Below, one piece after another: positions 39,609-48,505 of a stretch of DNA of 64,000 nucleotides. A program made the position numbers and the translations under genes. The stretch's first letter is position 1; each line of letters starts with the position of its first letter. Source of the stretch: Promethearchaeota archaeon (GTDB lineage Archaea; Asgardarchaeota; Lokiarchaeia; Sigyniarchaeales; SOKP01); contig JBHLLU010000001.1 in assembly GCA_048938895.1 (NCBI GenBank), positions 121,937 to 185,936 on the forward strand, read 5' to 3'. The notes beneath the pieces are model-generated. The model was not told the DNA's origin and searched no databases. It worked only from the letters and a program-made list of their open reading frames with translations.

Positions 39609-40400
39609 ATGGAGTATGAACATATTATTGTAGAGAAGAATAACCATATCACTATTATTACTTTAAATCGACCAGAAGTATTGAACGCAATTCATCCTTA
39701 TATATCATTAGAACTAGGTCATGCAATTAATGAATTTGAGGATGAACCTAATGCATGGGTTGCGATTTTAACAGGTGTAGGAGAAAAAGCATTTTCTGCA
39801 GGTGCGGATTTAAAATGGGCTGCCAAAACCAGTGTTGAAGAACAGAGAGCAGCTTATGATGAGGTAAGAAAGAAAAAAGCCTCTTTAATAAGAAACTTTA
39901 GAATTACCAAACCCATAATCGCTGCAATAAATGGTCTTGCGTATGGAGGAGGTTTTGAGCTTGCCTTGAGCTGTGACCTTATGATTGCTGCCGAACACGC
40001 TACTTTTTGTTTACCAGAACCTGTAGTAGGGAGAATTCCTTCAGGAGGAGGAATTCATCGATTAGTAAGATATCTTCCATATCATTTAGCAATGGACATT
40101 CTCTTTACGCGTAAACGTATGACTGCTCAAGAAGGAGTACAATATGGTTTCGTAAAAAAAGTAGTACCTTTCAATCAATTAATGGAAGAAACAATAAATA
40201 CTGCAAATCTTATTATGGAAGGCTCACCATTGGCAATCCGAACAATAAAACAAATGGCTGTTGAAGGGCTACAAATGTCCTTAAAAGAGGCTCTTTTTGC
40301 AAATTTTTCTTTGTATACAAAATTTTTGCAATCTCATGATTTTAGAGAGGGACCAAAGGCTTTTGCTGAAAAAAGAAAACCTGTTTGGAAAGGTGAATAG
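39609..40400 (+). CDS. enoyl-CoA hydratase (CaiD-like), tandem paralog
   Basis: Same motifs; shared C-terminus EGPKAF.EKRKPVWKG. Confidence 0.9.
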   Translation: MEYEHIIVEKNNHITIITLNRPEVLNAIHPYISLELGHAINEFEDEPNAWVAILTGVGEKAFSAGADLKWAAKTSVEEQRAAYDEVRKKKASLIRNFRITKPIIAAINGLAYGGGFELALSCDLMIAAEHATFCLPEPVVGRIPSGGGIHRLVRYLPYHLAMDILFTRKRMTAQEGVQYGFVKKVVPFNQLMEETINTANLIMEGSPLAIRTIKQMAVEGLQMSLKEALFANFSLYTKFLQSHDFREGPKAFAEKRKPVWKGE

Positions 40401-40449
40401 CAAATCTAGTTCAGATTCTAGGGAGGTTAGTATAAATAAAAAGGAGAGT

Positions 40450-40995
40450 CTATTTCTTTTCAGCTAGAAAGGTACACATTCCATCCTTAGGTATTTCTTG
40501 TGTTTGGCTTACCTTTACATCATTCATTTTGAGAATTTCAAAAATTGTTTTCCATGTGCTTAAACATCCACTTTTACATGGTAAGCTTTTCAATTCTTCT
40601 TCAGACAATGCTTTTTTAAGGTTGTTATGAATGGTACATGTACCTTCTTCGATTGAAAAGCTTAATTCTTTATTATACGCTGTTTGTATTAATACCACGC
40701 TCATAAGATGAATTGAAAGACACGCTATTTCAATAAATCGTTGAGCTTCATGGGGAAATCTTACTTCACCTGTTTTTTTAGCAACCATTTTAACCATTTC
40801 ATAGAGATGATCATTATATTCTGGTTTTGTTCCTAATTCATATGTTTTTTCCATTAATCTCTTTCCCCATTCTTCAAAAACCGAAACGTCTTTAGATTCA
40901 AGAAATTTTTCTACAATTTTTACAGCCGCAAATTCTTCTTCAATTGTTTTGAAAAGCTCTTCAGGAAGATTATAATCATATTTTGGTTGCATCAC
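40450..40995 (-). CDS. hypothetical protein with V4R-like Cys pattern
   Basis: CTIH...LPCKSGC...GMCTF near the C-terminus; overlaps the upstream ferredoxin stop. Confidence 0.65.
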   Translation of the reverse strand: MMQPKYDYNLPEELFKTIEEEFAAVKIVEKFLESKDVSVFEEWGKRLMEKTYELGTKPEYNDHLYEMVKMVAKKTGEVRFPHEAQRFIEIACLSIHLMSVVLIQTAYNKELSFSIEEGTCTIHNNLKKALSEEELKSLPCKSGCLSTWKTIFEILKMNDVKVSQTQEIPKDGMCTFLAEKK

Positions 40996-41399
40996 AGTTT
41001 TTTCAACCCCTTATATGTTGAATCTAATTTCTCAATTTGTTCTAGATTTTCTAAACCAACATCAAGTGATTCAAATGGATGTTTATAAGGATGTTCTCCC
41101 TCTTTCCCCTCAGGGATAGTAATTTCAATTGTTATCGCATCATCTGGACAATTTTTAGTACATTCCATACACCCAATACACTTAGGAGCTGCAGAACCAT
41201 TTACTAGATAATGTTTTGGACTATTTGGATCTGGTTTCATAAAAGGTCCAGAGACATTTGGATATGAATGGACATGAAATACACCTTGAGGGCATTTAGT
41301 ATAACATTTATAGTCACACACCATCGGTAATTGACATTTTTCCCTATCAACCTTAACTCTTATTACAGGTATATCTTTATCTTTTATTTGAATTGCCAT
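40992..41399 (-). CDS. ferredoxin-like 4Fe-4S protein
   Basis: CQLPMVCDYKCYTKCP and CIGCMECTKNCP; start taken at ATG 41399 after AAGGTGA. Confidence 0.82.
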   Translation of the reverse strand: MAIQIKDKDIPVIRVKVDREKCQLPMVCDYKCYTKCPQGVFHVHSYPNVSGPFMKPDPNSPKHYLVNGSAAPKCIGCMECTKNCPDDAITIEITIPEGKEGEHPYKHPFESLDVGLENLEQIEKLDSTYKGLKKL

Positions 41400-41410
41400 A
41401 CAATCACCTT

Positions 41411-42274
41411 TTACCAATCATATCTTAATATTGGGAAATCGCGTCTATTTTTTAATTCAATGGCATCAAAATCACAAACACTTTCGCAAAGACCACAACC
41501 AAAACACATTTGAGAGTCAATTTGTGCTTTATTTTTACGAATATCTGCAGCGATTGCACCAAATTGACATCTCTGAATGCATTTGAAACAACCTGTACAT
41601 TTTTCTTCATTATGGATTGCAACTCTTTCGCCTTTGATTAATTGTGCTTGTCCATAACGTAGCCGATTTTCAATCGAAGCACAATCTGGTCGTGAACAAT
41701 TACAAAGACCTCCAATATATGGACCACCATTTCTCATTCCAAAATTCATTAAGTTTTGTACTAATCCCTTTTTATTCCATTTTATAACCCATTCTCGTGC
41801 TTCATCATGATCAACCCATTCTGCTCCTGCAACATATCGTGCTGGGGTTTTTTGCCATCTAAGCATTCCAATTCCAAGCCCTAAACAAGTCATTTTAGAT
41901 CGATCTCTTTCTACAAATCCATATTTAAATTTTCTGCATTCGCAATGAATAAAACAGATTGGTGAACTGATATCTATTAGATCAAGTGCATCTTGAAGCG
42001 TTAGCACCTGAGCTCCTTGAACTTGTTGCTGCATTCTATTTGCAGCTCTCATAAGATCTGGAAATCTTTCATCCTTAAGATTATAAGCTTCAATTGCTTG
42101 TCCTATCATTGGTCCAGCAGCAGCCTCATAAGCAGCAGTGCCACCCTTTATTCTTTTTGAATTTTGTTTTGCTAAATCCACTCGATTTCTATGATACATG
42201 AATCGAGCATATCGTTTCGCTTCTCTGAACCATAATTTTGCTGATGAATTATGTGTGAAACATATATCGCACAT
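41411..42274 (-). CDS. 4Fe-4S binding protein with Cys-rich core
   Basis: MCDICFTH, CECRK, CLGLG, GLV, LCNC, two ferredoxin motifs. Confidence 0.85.
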   Translation of the reverse strand: MCDICFTHNSSAKLWFREAKRYARFMYHRNRVDLAKQNSKRIKGGTAAYEAAAGPMIGQAIEAYNLKDERFPDLMRAANRMQQQVQGAQVLTLQDALDLIDISSPICFIHCECRKFKYGFVERDRSKMTCLGLGIGMLRWQKTPARYVAGAEWVDHDEAREWVIKWNKKGLVQNLMNFGMRNGGPYIGGLCNCSRPDCASIENRLRYGQAQLIKGERVAIHNEEKCTGCFKCIQRCQFGAIAADIRKNKAQIDSQMCFGCGLCESVCDFDAIELKNRRDFPILRYDW

Positions 42275-42502
42275 TTTTATCTTTTCCCGGTTTAATATAT
42301 ACTTTAGTTGATTTTAATTAAATTTTATTTAATTTTGATAAAATTTAATACTTTTGATTTACCTTCAAAAGGTTCAAATAGAAACCTTAAGACCTGGATT
42401 AAATCTCTTTTTTAAATTAAGTCATTATGAATTTGAATTAAACTTTTAAATATTTTGGGAAATAAAATCAGTTAATAACAAAAAATATTAAAAGGTGAAA
42501 AT

Positions 42503-43261
42503 ATGGAATTTGAAACTGTTATTTATGAAAGTAATAAGGAAACTAAGGTTGGTTATATTACTTTAAATAGACCTGAAAAGCATAATGCATTGAGTTATCA
42601 ATTGCTTGATGATATTGACGCCGTTTTTGACTATGCTGAAGCAGATGATAGTGTAAAAGTTATAGTGCTAAAAGGCGCAGGCAAGAGTTTCTGCTCAGGA
42701 TTTGATCTTAAGGGATCTTATTATTTAACACCCCCTGAAGGAGGATGGAAATATAAGAATTCTTACGATATTTTACGCAAAAAAATATATGCCAAATACA
42801 CACGCATTTTTAATTTTCCAAAGGTTACAATCGCTCAAATTCACGGTCATTGTTCTGATGCGGGATGCTATCTTCAACTTTGCTGTGATATTTCAGTTGC
42901 AGCTGAAGATGCATTATTAGGACATCCTGCTCAATTATGGGGTGGTTCACAGAGCTTACCACTTTGGCAGTTCTATTTAGGCGAAAAGAGAGCACGTTAT
43001 CTTTTGATGAGTGGGAGAAGAATCTCGGGAAAACAAGCAGCAGATTGGGGACTTGTAAGTATAAGCGTCCCTAGAGAAAACCTTGATGAAGAAGTGAATA
43101 AATTAGCTGCTGAAATTGCTCAGGTACCTGTATGGGGTTATATGCACAATAAACTAGCGATGAATACGGCTCTTAAAATAACAGGTCTCGATGCCTTATT
43201 CGAGTATTTTGGCCAGATGAATAGATTTAGTAGATTTGTCCCTGATAGACCACCACGTTGA
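42503..43261 (+). CDS. enoyl-CoA hydratase/isomerase family, atypical active site
   Basis: ITLNRPEKHNA, FCSGFDL, PKVTIAQIHG; lacks the canonical Glu pair (GCYL, GHPA). Confidence 0.87.
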   Translation: MEFETVIYESNKETKVGYITLNRPEKHNALSYQLLDDIDAVFDYAEADDSVKVIVLKGAGKSFCSGFDLKGSYYLTPPEGGWKYKNSYDILRKKIYAKYTRIFNFPKVTIAQIHGHCSDAGCYLQLCCDISVAAEDALLGHPAQLWGGSQSLPLWQFYLGEKRARYLLMSGRRISGKQAADWGLVSISVPRENLDEEVNKLAAEIAQVPVWGYMHNKLAMNTALKITGLDALFEYFGQMNRFSRFVPDRPPR

Positions 43262-43343
43262 GGGTACTAAACATAAAATTCTTTAAATTATATCTTAATT
43301 TTTTCTTTTTAATTAAGAATTTTTCTTAGAAAGAGTAATTTTT

Positions 43344-43700
43344 ATGTGTGCCAAATTTAGAGGAATTCCAGCCATAATATATTCAGGATTATGGAGACGT
43401 CAAATTTTTGGAAGATTAAAAAAGGATTTTCCAAAAAAAACAAAATTAGTAGTTTTTATCACAGATCAACCCCCAGCTGTCTTAATTAATATTGATAATG
43501 GCAATTTTGAAATGGAAAAATTAGAAACTATAAAAGAACTTAATGATCTGGATAACATTGAATGCGATGGTTATTTTGCTTCACCTCAGAGGAATCTATT
43601 TGGGGGATTTAATGCATTGAAAAAAGGTGTTGATGAAGGAAAAGTTAAGATGAAAAATGAAGCGATCATTTTCTCAATACTACTGAGAAACTTAGGATAA
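43344..43700 (+). CDS. SCP2 sterol-binding-like small protein
   Basis: AVLINIDNGNF, ECDGYF, ALKKGVDEGKVKMK resemble the SCP2 fold C-terminus. Confidence 0.55.
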   Translation: MCAKFRGIPAIIYSGLWRRQIFGRLKKDFPKKTKLVVFITDQPPAVLINIDNGNFEMEKLETIKELNDLDNIECDGYFASPQRNLFGGFNALKKGVDEGKVKMKNEAIIFSILLRNLG

Positions 43701-43716
43701 TAGGGAGGAATCAAAA

Positions 43717-44874
43717 ATGTCAAAAAGCCAAAAGATGTCTGCTCTTGAAAGAGTTACAACAGTGCTAGAAGGTAAAATACCTGATAAAATACCGAGTTTT
43801 ATTTTAGGAGGGGATTGTGATTTTGTCTATAAGTTTATGAATTCCCCTTATAAACTTACTGAAGAGGATATCAAGAGATTGGATAATGACAGAGTTTCTT
43901 TTATGATTCCTTTTATTCATTCTATTGTCGCTAAATTTGCTCCCCCTGATATATTTCCTGGAGGTATAGATGCTAAAATTGATATGTGTTGGAGTACTAC
44001 TGGAGGTGGATTTATCCAATTAAGCTTCACTGATCAAGCTTTAACAAGTGTCGGTGGATATTTTGATGTGGTAGTTAAAGAAGATGGTATTCCCCACAAC
44101 TGGTTTATCGGACCAGCACTCTTAAAAAAAGAATATATCGAAGAATACTGGGAAAAAGAAATTGAATTAAAGCCTAATCCTGCTGCTTTTAGAAATCTAT
44201 CCAGAATTAGAAAAACAATGTTAGAAAAATATGATATTGTGGTTTCTCAAGGTATTTCTGGTCCCTTTGAAAATTGTGTATTCGGAATAGGGCATGCTAA
44301 TTTCGCTCGTTTTGCGAGGAAGGAACCAAGTTTCCTTCAACAGCATATAGACTTCCAGTGGGAAACGTTTGAAGAACCCTCATTAAAACTACTAATGGAA
44401 CAAAAGCCAGATGTGGTTATGTGTGGTGATGATTATGGTTTCAATGCAGGTTTACAAATGAATGTAAAAAATTGGCGTAAATTCATTAAACCCAAATTAG
44501 CAGAGTATGTAAAATATGTACATGATGGTGGTGCTAAGTTTGTACTACATAGCTGTGGTAATATTGGAGAAATCTTCCCTGATTTTGTAGAGATTGGTAT
44601 TGATGGCGTGGAATCATTAAAACCAAAAAATAATGATTTAAAAATGTATAGAGAAAAATATCCTGAAATTGCATTGATAGGAACTGTTGATGACTCAGAA
44701 ATGCTAAAATATGAATCTCCTGAATTTATTAGAAATTTTATAAGAGAGGAGATACAGCGATTGGGAAAAAAAGGAGGATATATTCCGGGACCAACTAATT
44801 TCCTACTAGACCAGTCACCAGAAAATATTGTGGCTCTTTTTAGGGCAATCCAGGAATTTGGAGAAATATATTAA
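43717..44874 (+). CDS. uroporphyrinogen decarboxylase / methylcobamide:CoM methyltransferase (MtaA/CmuA) superfamily protein
   Basis: ERV...G.IPDKIP, GDDYG, WRKFIKP, LHSCGN, GGYI, PENI. Confidence 0.85.
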   Translation: MSKSQKMSALERVTTVLEGKIPDKIPSFILGGDCDFVYKFMNSPYKLTEEDIKRLDNDRVSFMIPFIHSIVAKFAPPDIFPGGIDAKIDMCWSTTGGGFIQLSFTDQALTSVGGYFDVVVKEDGIPHNWFIGPALLKKEYIEEYWEKEIELKPNPAAFRNLSRIRKTMLEKYDIVVSQGISGPFENCVFGIGHANFARFARKEPSFLQQHIDFQWETFEEPSLKLLMEQKPDVVMCGDDYGFNAGLQMNVKNWRKFIKPKLAEYVKYVHDGGAKFVLHSCGNIGEIFPDFVEIGIDGVESLKPKNNDLKMYREKYPEIALIGTVDDSEMLKYESPEFIRNFIREEIQRLGKKGGYIPGPTNFLLDQSPENIVALFRAIQEFGEIY

Positions 44875-44971
44875 GAATATGTATAACAACTGATAACTAA
44901 GATTATTAAATATTTTTAAATTAGATTACTACATATTACTAACATTTATTAAACTAACAAGTTGGTCATTA

Positions 44972-46021
44972 ATGGTAATTGAGACAACTATAACTAAAAT
45001 GCTTGGGATCAAGCATCCCATAATTGCAGCTCCAATGGGCCCATTTTTTACCACTGAACTAACTATAGCGGTTTCAGAAGCTGGAGGTTTAGGTGTATTA
45101 AGTCATACTGGGTTATTAAGTGAATTTCAAGCGCATAGATTTCCAACAGAAATAATGAAGGAGAACATGGTAAAAGTAATTGAACATACGGATAAACCGT
45201 TTGGTTTCAATATCAGAACATCTCGAACTGAGCAAAGTGGGGCGAGAATTTGTAAAGAAATCCCAAAATTCATATTAGAAAATCAAAGAATTCGTGATCA
45301 ATGTATATATGCTGTAACTAGTGCAGGATCTTCAAGAATGTTACCTGAATCAAAATCCTTCCAAAAATTAAGAGAGAATTCAAGTATCAAGCATTTTCAT
45401 GTAGCTCCAGCACTATGGCTTGCAGACAAATGTGTTGCGACTGGTGTGGATGGTTTAGTAGTTACTGGAGGTGAGGGAGGTGGCCATCAATCTTATGAGA
45501 GAGTTAGTACTCTAGTTCTACTTCAGCAGGTTATACAAAAGTACCCTGATTATCCTGTTGTAGCATGTGGTGGATTTGCATCGGGTCGAAGTCTTGCTGC
45601 AGCTTTAGCTATGGGTGCTGGAGCTGTAGCAATGGGTTCGCGGTTTATAGCAACTAAAGAAAGTGAATTTCATGATTCTTATAAAAATATAGTACCTTCT
45701 GCTAAAGCTCAAGATACAATATTAACTACGGGCGCTTTAGGAATTATTCGATTATGGAAGAATGAATATTCCTTACATCATGGTCTTGTAGCCAATAAAG
45801 AGGAAAAAATGGCTGAAGAAGATGCAATGACACCAGAACAAGCAACAGAAGTGGCAGAAAAATATGAAATCGCTTATCGTGGCAACATCCAAGAAGGTGC
45901 TGTTCCTCTAGGACAAAGTATTGGCGTTATTAACAAAATAGAGGCTGTATCTGACATCATTGAAACGATAATAAAAGATGCAGAACAAAACCTGAGAAAA
46001 TCTTATTCCTATTTAAGCTAA
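44972..46021 (+). CDS. FabK / nitronate monooxygenase family FMN flavoprotein
   Basis: HPIIAAPM, AVSEAGGLG, KPFGFN, GEGGGH, GGFASG, MGSRFIATKE, GQSIG. Confidence 0.9.
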   Translation: MVIETTITKMLGIKHPIIAAPMGPFFTTELTIAVSEAGGLGVLSHTGLLSEFQAHRFPTEIMKENMVKVIEHTDKPFGFNIRTSRTEQSGARICKEIPKFILENQRIRDQCIYAVTSAGSSRMLPESKSFQKLRENSSIKHFHVAPALWLADKCVATGVDGLVVTGGEGGGHQSYERVSTLVLLQQVIQKYPDYPVVACGGFASGRSLAAALAMGAGAVAMGSRFIATKESEFHDSYKNIVPSAKAQDTILTTGALGIIRLWKNEYSLHHGLVANKEEKMAEEDAMTPEQATEVAEKYEIAYRGNIQEGAVPLGQSIGVINKIEAVSDIIETIIKDAEQNLRKSYSYLS

Positions 46022-46045
46022 ATTTTCTTATTTCTTTTCAATTAG

Positions 46046-46070
46046 CTTTTAAAAAGTCCTTTTTTAAAAG
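46046..46070 (+). terminator. AT-rich hairpin downstream of the FabK-like gene
   Basis: CTTTTAAAAA-gtcct-TTTTTAAAAG 10-bp inverted repeat preceded by T tracts. Confidence 0.3.
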
Positions 46071-46196
46071 GAACGGGAGTAAAATTTACATCTTCAAAGT
46101 TAATAACTAAAGGATTCTAGAATAACTTTAATAAAAATATAAATTTGCAAAAAACAAAACAATTTCTAATAAATATAAAATCTATTGGTAGTTAAT

Positions 46197-48503
46197 ATGG
46201 TAAGTCAAGAAGATGATGAAGGAGTAAAAATTGTTAGAACCACATCTGCTTTTGATTGCGGAGGGCGGTGTTTACTAAGGTTACATGTTAAAGATGGAAA
46301 AGTTATACGCGTAGAAGGCGATGATTTCCCTGATCCTGATAAACAGCTTCGTGCATGCTTAAGATGTAGGTCAATTAGGCAGTATATCTATCATCCTGAG
46401 AGGTTAAAATATCCATTAAAGAGAGATGGTCCCAAAGGTTCAGGAAAGTTTAAACAAATTTCTTGGGATGAGGCTTTAGATATTATTGCGGAAAAGTTAA
46501 AAGAAACGATTGAGAAATATGGAAATCAAAGTATATTATATATTACTGGGGGAGGGTATCTTGGAGCATTACAGAGTGCGGGAGCTGCCTATGCAAGACT
46601 ATTTAACGCGCTAGGAGGATATACATCATCTTATGGCAATATTTCTTCCCAAGGAGCAATATTTGGAACTCAAGCATCATATGGATTTGGTCAGATCTTT
46701 GTTGGGAATAGTAGGGAAGACTGGATGAATACAAAATTAATTATATGCTGGGGTTGGGATCCTGCTCGTCAGATTTCAGGAACAAATACCTTATGGTGGT
46801 TAATTAAAGCTAAAGAAAATGGAGCAAAAGTTATTGTTATCGATCCCCGATATTCAGATACTGCTTTGGTAGCCGCTGATCAATGGATCCCAATAATACC
46901 AGGAACGGATACGGCTATGATGGCAGCAATGGCACATATAATCCTTAGAGAGAACTTACAGGATCAAGAATTTCTCGATAAATATACTCATGGTTTTGAT
47001 AAATACAAAGCATATGTAATGGGAGATGAAGATGGGATTCCTAAGACACCAGAGTGGGCTGAAAAAATCTGTGGAGTAAAAGCATCTATTATAGAGGATT
47101 TGGCGATTGAATATGCTACCACTAAACCTGCTGCATTAGAAGATTGCCAAGGTCCTGCTCGTTCAGCAATGGGCGGGCAATACACTCGAGGGGCGATAAC
47201 TCTAACGGCAATGACGGGAAATATTGGAAAGCCTGGTGGTAGTGCCTGTGGTGGCCTACATGGGATTCCATATGGCCATATGTTTAGGGGAATTGCTATT
47301 CCCCCAGGTACAAATAAAGCTTATCCTAAAGGTAAGTCTTTGAGGGGAAATATTAATCCTAGAGATCGTTTAGATACCAGAATGCATGTAAATAAGATCT
47401 TCGATGCAATTCTTCAAGGAAAATCTGGTGGTTATTCTGCAGATATAAAATTTGCTTGGTTCTGTGTTTGCGATTTTCTGAATCAGACAGGTAATGTAAA
47501 TAAGTCAGCAAAAGCTATGAGTCGAGATGATTTGTTTACTGTAGTACCAGAACTTTGGTTAACGCCAACAGCTCAATATGCCGATATCGTTCTTCCTGTA
47601 ACTGGATTCCCAGAACGGAGTGACCTTACAAGACCCTGGCCCTCAGGACCTTATTTTGGTCACATGAATAAAGCAATCGATTCTATGGGTGAATGTAAGG
47701 ATGATATACAAATAGCAGAAGAATTAGCTGAAAGACTAGGAATTAAAAATTTCAAGAGAGAAGAAGTTCTTGAACAATTTTTTAAAAATCCTCAATTAGC
47801 TCCAGCGAAACCTCTTATAGATAAATATGATGATATTAATGATAAATGGCTTCGATTATTCACTGTTATGGCGCAAGATCTACGAGCGAATATCAAAGAT
47901 TACGATAAGTATAGAAGAGAAGGTGTTCATAGAGTTGAACTTAAAGAACCCTATATAGCATTCAAAAAAAATATAGATGATTTGGAGAACAATCCTTTCC
48001 CAACACCTTCGGGGAAGATTGAAATTTTTTCCGATCAAATTGCAAGTTGGGATCGACCAAATTGTCCACCTATTGCAAAATATGTTCCCACTTGGGAAAA
48101 CCGAGATGATCCCTTAGCAGAGAAATATCCACTTCAATTAATTTCACCACATCCAAGGCAACGAGTACATTCTGAGCTTTATAAAATTGAGTGGTTAATG
48201 GAAGCTATACCTCATAGAATGTGGATAAATCCTGTTGATGCTGAGCCACGTGGAATTAGAAATGGTGATATGTGTCTAGTGTTCAATGATAGAGGTACAG
48301 TAGCAATCGAAGCATTTGTTACAAAGCGCATTATTCCGGGTGTTGTCTGTATTTATGAAGGTGCATGGTATAATCCTGATGAGAATGGAATCGATAGAGG
48401 AGGATGTGCAAATACCCTTACTAAGGATGAAATGGCTGAGGGAGGTGCGGCCGCATTGAAAACATGTTTGGTTCAGGTAAAACTAGAAAACGGAGGTTCC
48501 TAA
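46197..48503 (+). CDS. DmsA-like molybdopterin oxidoreductase, cytoplasmic
   Basis: SAFDCGGRC (first FS0 Cys replaced by Ser), QLRACLR, YGNISSQG (probable Ser ligand), PKTPEWA, RVHS, GAWY; no Tat signal; ATG 46197 (the track uses TTG 46185). Confidence 0.92.
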   Translation: MVSQEDDEGVKIVRTTSAFDCGGRCLLRLHVKDGKVIRVEGDDFPDPDKQLRACLRCRSIRQYIYHPERLKYPLKRDGPKGSGKFKQISWDEALDIIAEKLKETIEKYGNQSILYITGGGYLGALQSAGAAYARLFNALGGYTSSYGNISSQGAIFGTQASYGFGQIFVGNSREDWMNTKLIICWGWDPARQISGTNTLWWLIKAKENGAKVIVIDPRYSDTALVAADQWIPIIPGTDTAMMAAMAHIILRENLQDQEFLDKYTHGFDKYKAYVMGDEDGIPKTPEWAEKICGVKASIIEDLAIEYATTKPAALEDCQGPARSAMGGQYTRGAITLTAMTGNIGKPGGSACGGLHGIPYGHMFRGIAIPPGTNKAYPKGKSLRGNINPRDRLDTRMHVNKIFDAILQGKSGGYSADIKFAWFCVCDFLNQTGNVNKSAKAMSRDDLFTVVPELWLTPTAQYADIVLPVTGFPERSDLTRPWPSGPYFGHMNKAIDSMGECKDDIQIAEELAERLGIKNFKREEVLEQFFKNPQLAPAKPLIDKYDDINDKWLRLFTVMAQDLRANIKDYDKYRREGVHRVELKEPYIAFKKNIDDLENNPFPTPSGKIEIFSDQIASWDRPNCPPIAKYVPTWENRDDPLAEKYPLQLISPHPRQRVHSELYKIEWLMEAIPHRMWINPVDAEPRGIRNGDMCLVFNDRGTVAIEAFVTKRIIPGVVCIYEGAWYNPDENGIDRGGCANTLTKDEMAEGGAAALKTCLVQVKLENGGS

Positions 48504-48505
48504 AT

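Noticed and set aside
37807-42388. Similar AGGTT-N8/10-AACCT inverted repeats at ~37810 and ~42369 near Fe-S genes
   Set aside because: Different spacing, and one lies between convergent gene ends, so a shared operator role is not supported
43259-43270. TGA-GGG-TAC-TAA after the crotonase could read through as Sec-Gly-Tyr, like C-terminal selenoproteins
   Set aside because: No SECIS-like hairpin visible in the AT-rich downstream DNA, and no precedent for Sec at this position in crotonases
29779-48503. Calling the two DmsA-like enzymes respiratory DMSO reductases (dmsA)
   Set aside because: No twin-arginine signal, DmsC anchor or DmsD chaperone; the substrate cannot be inferred from motifs
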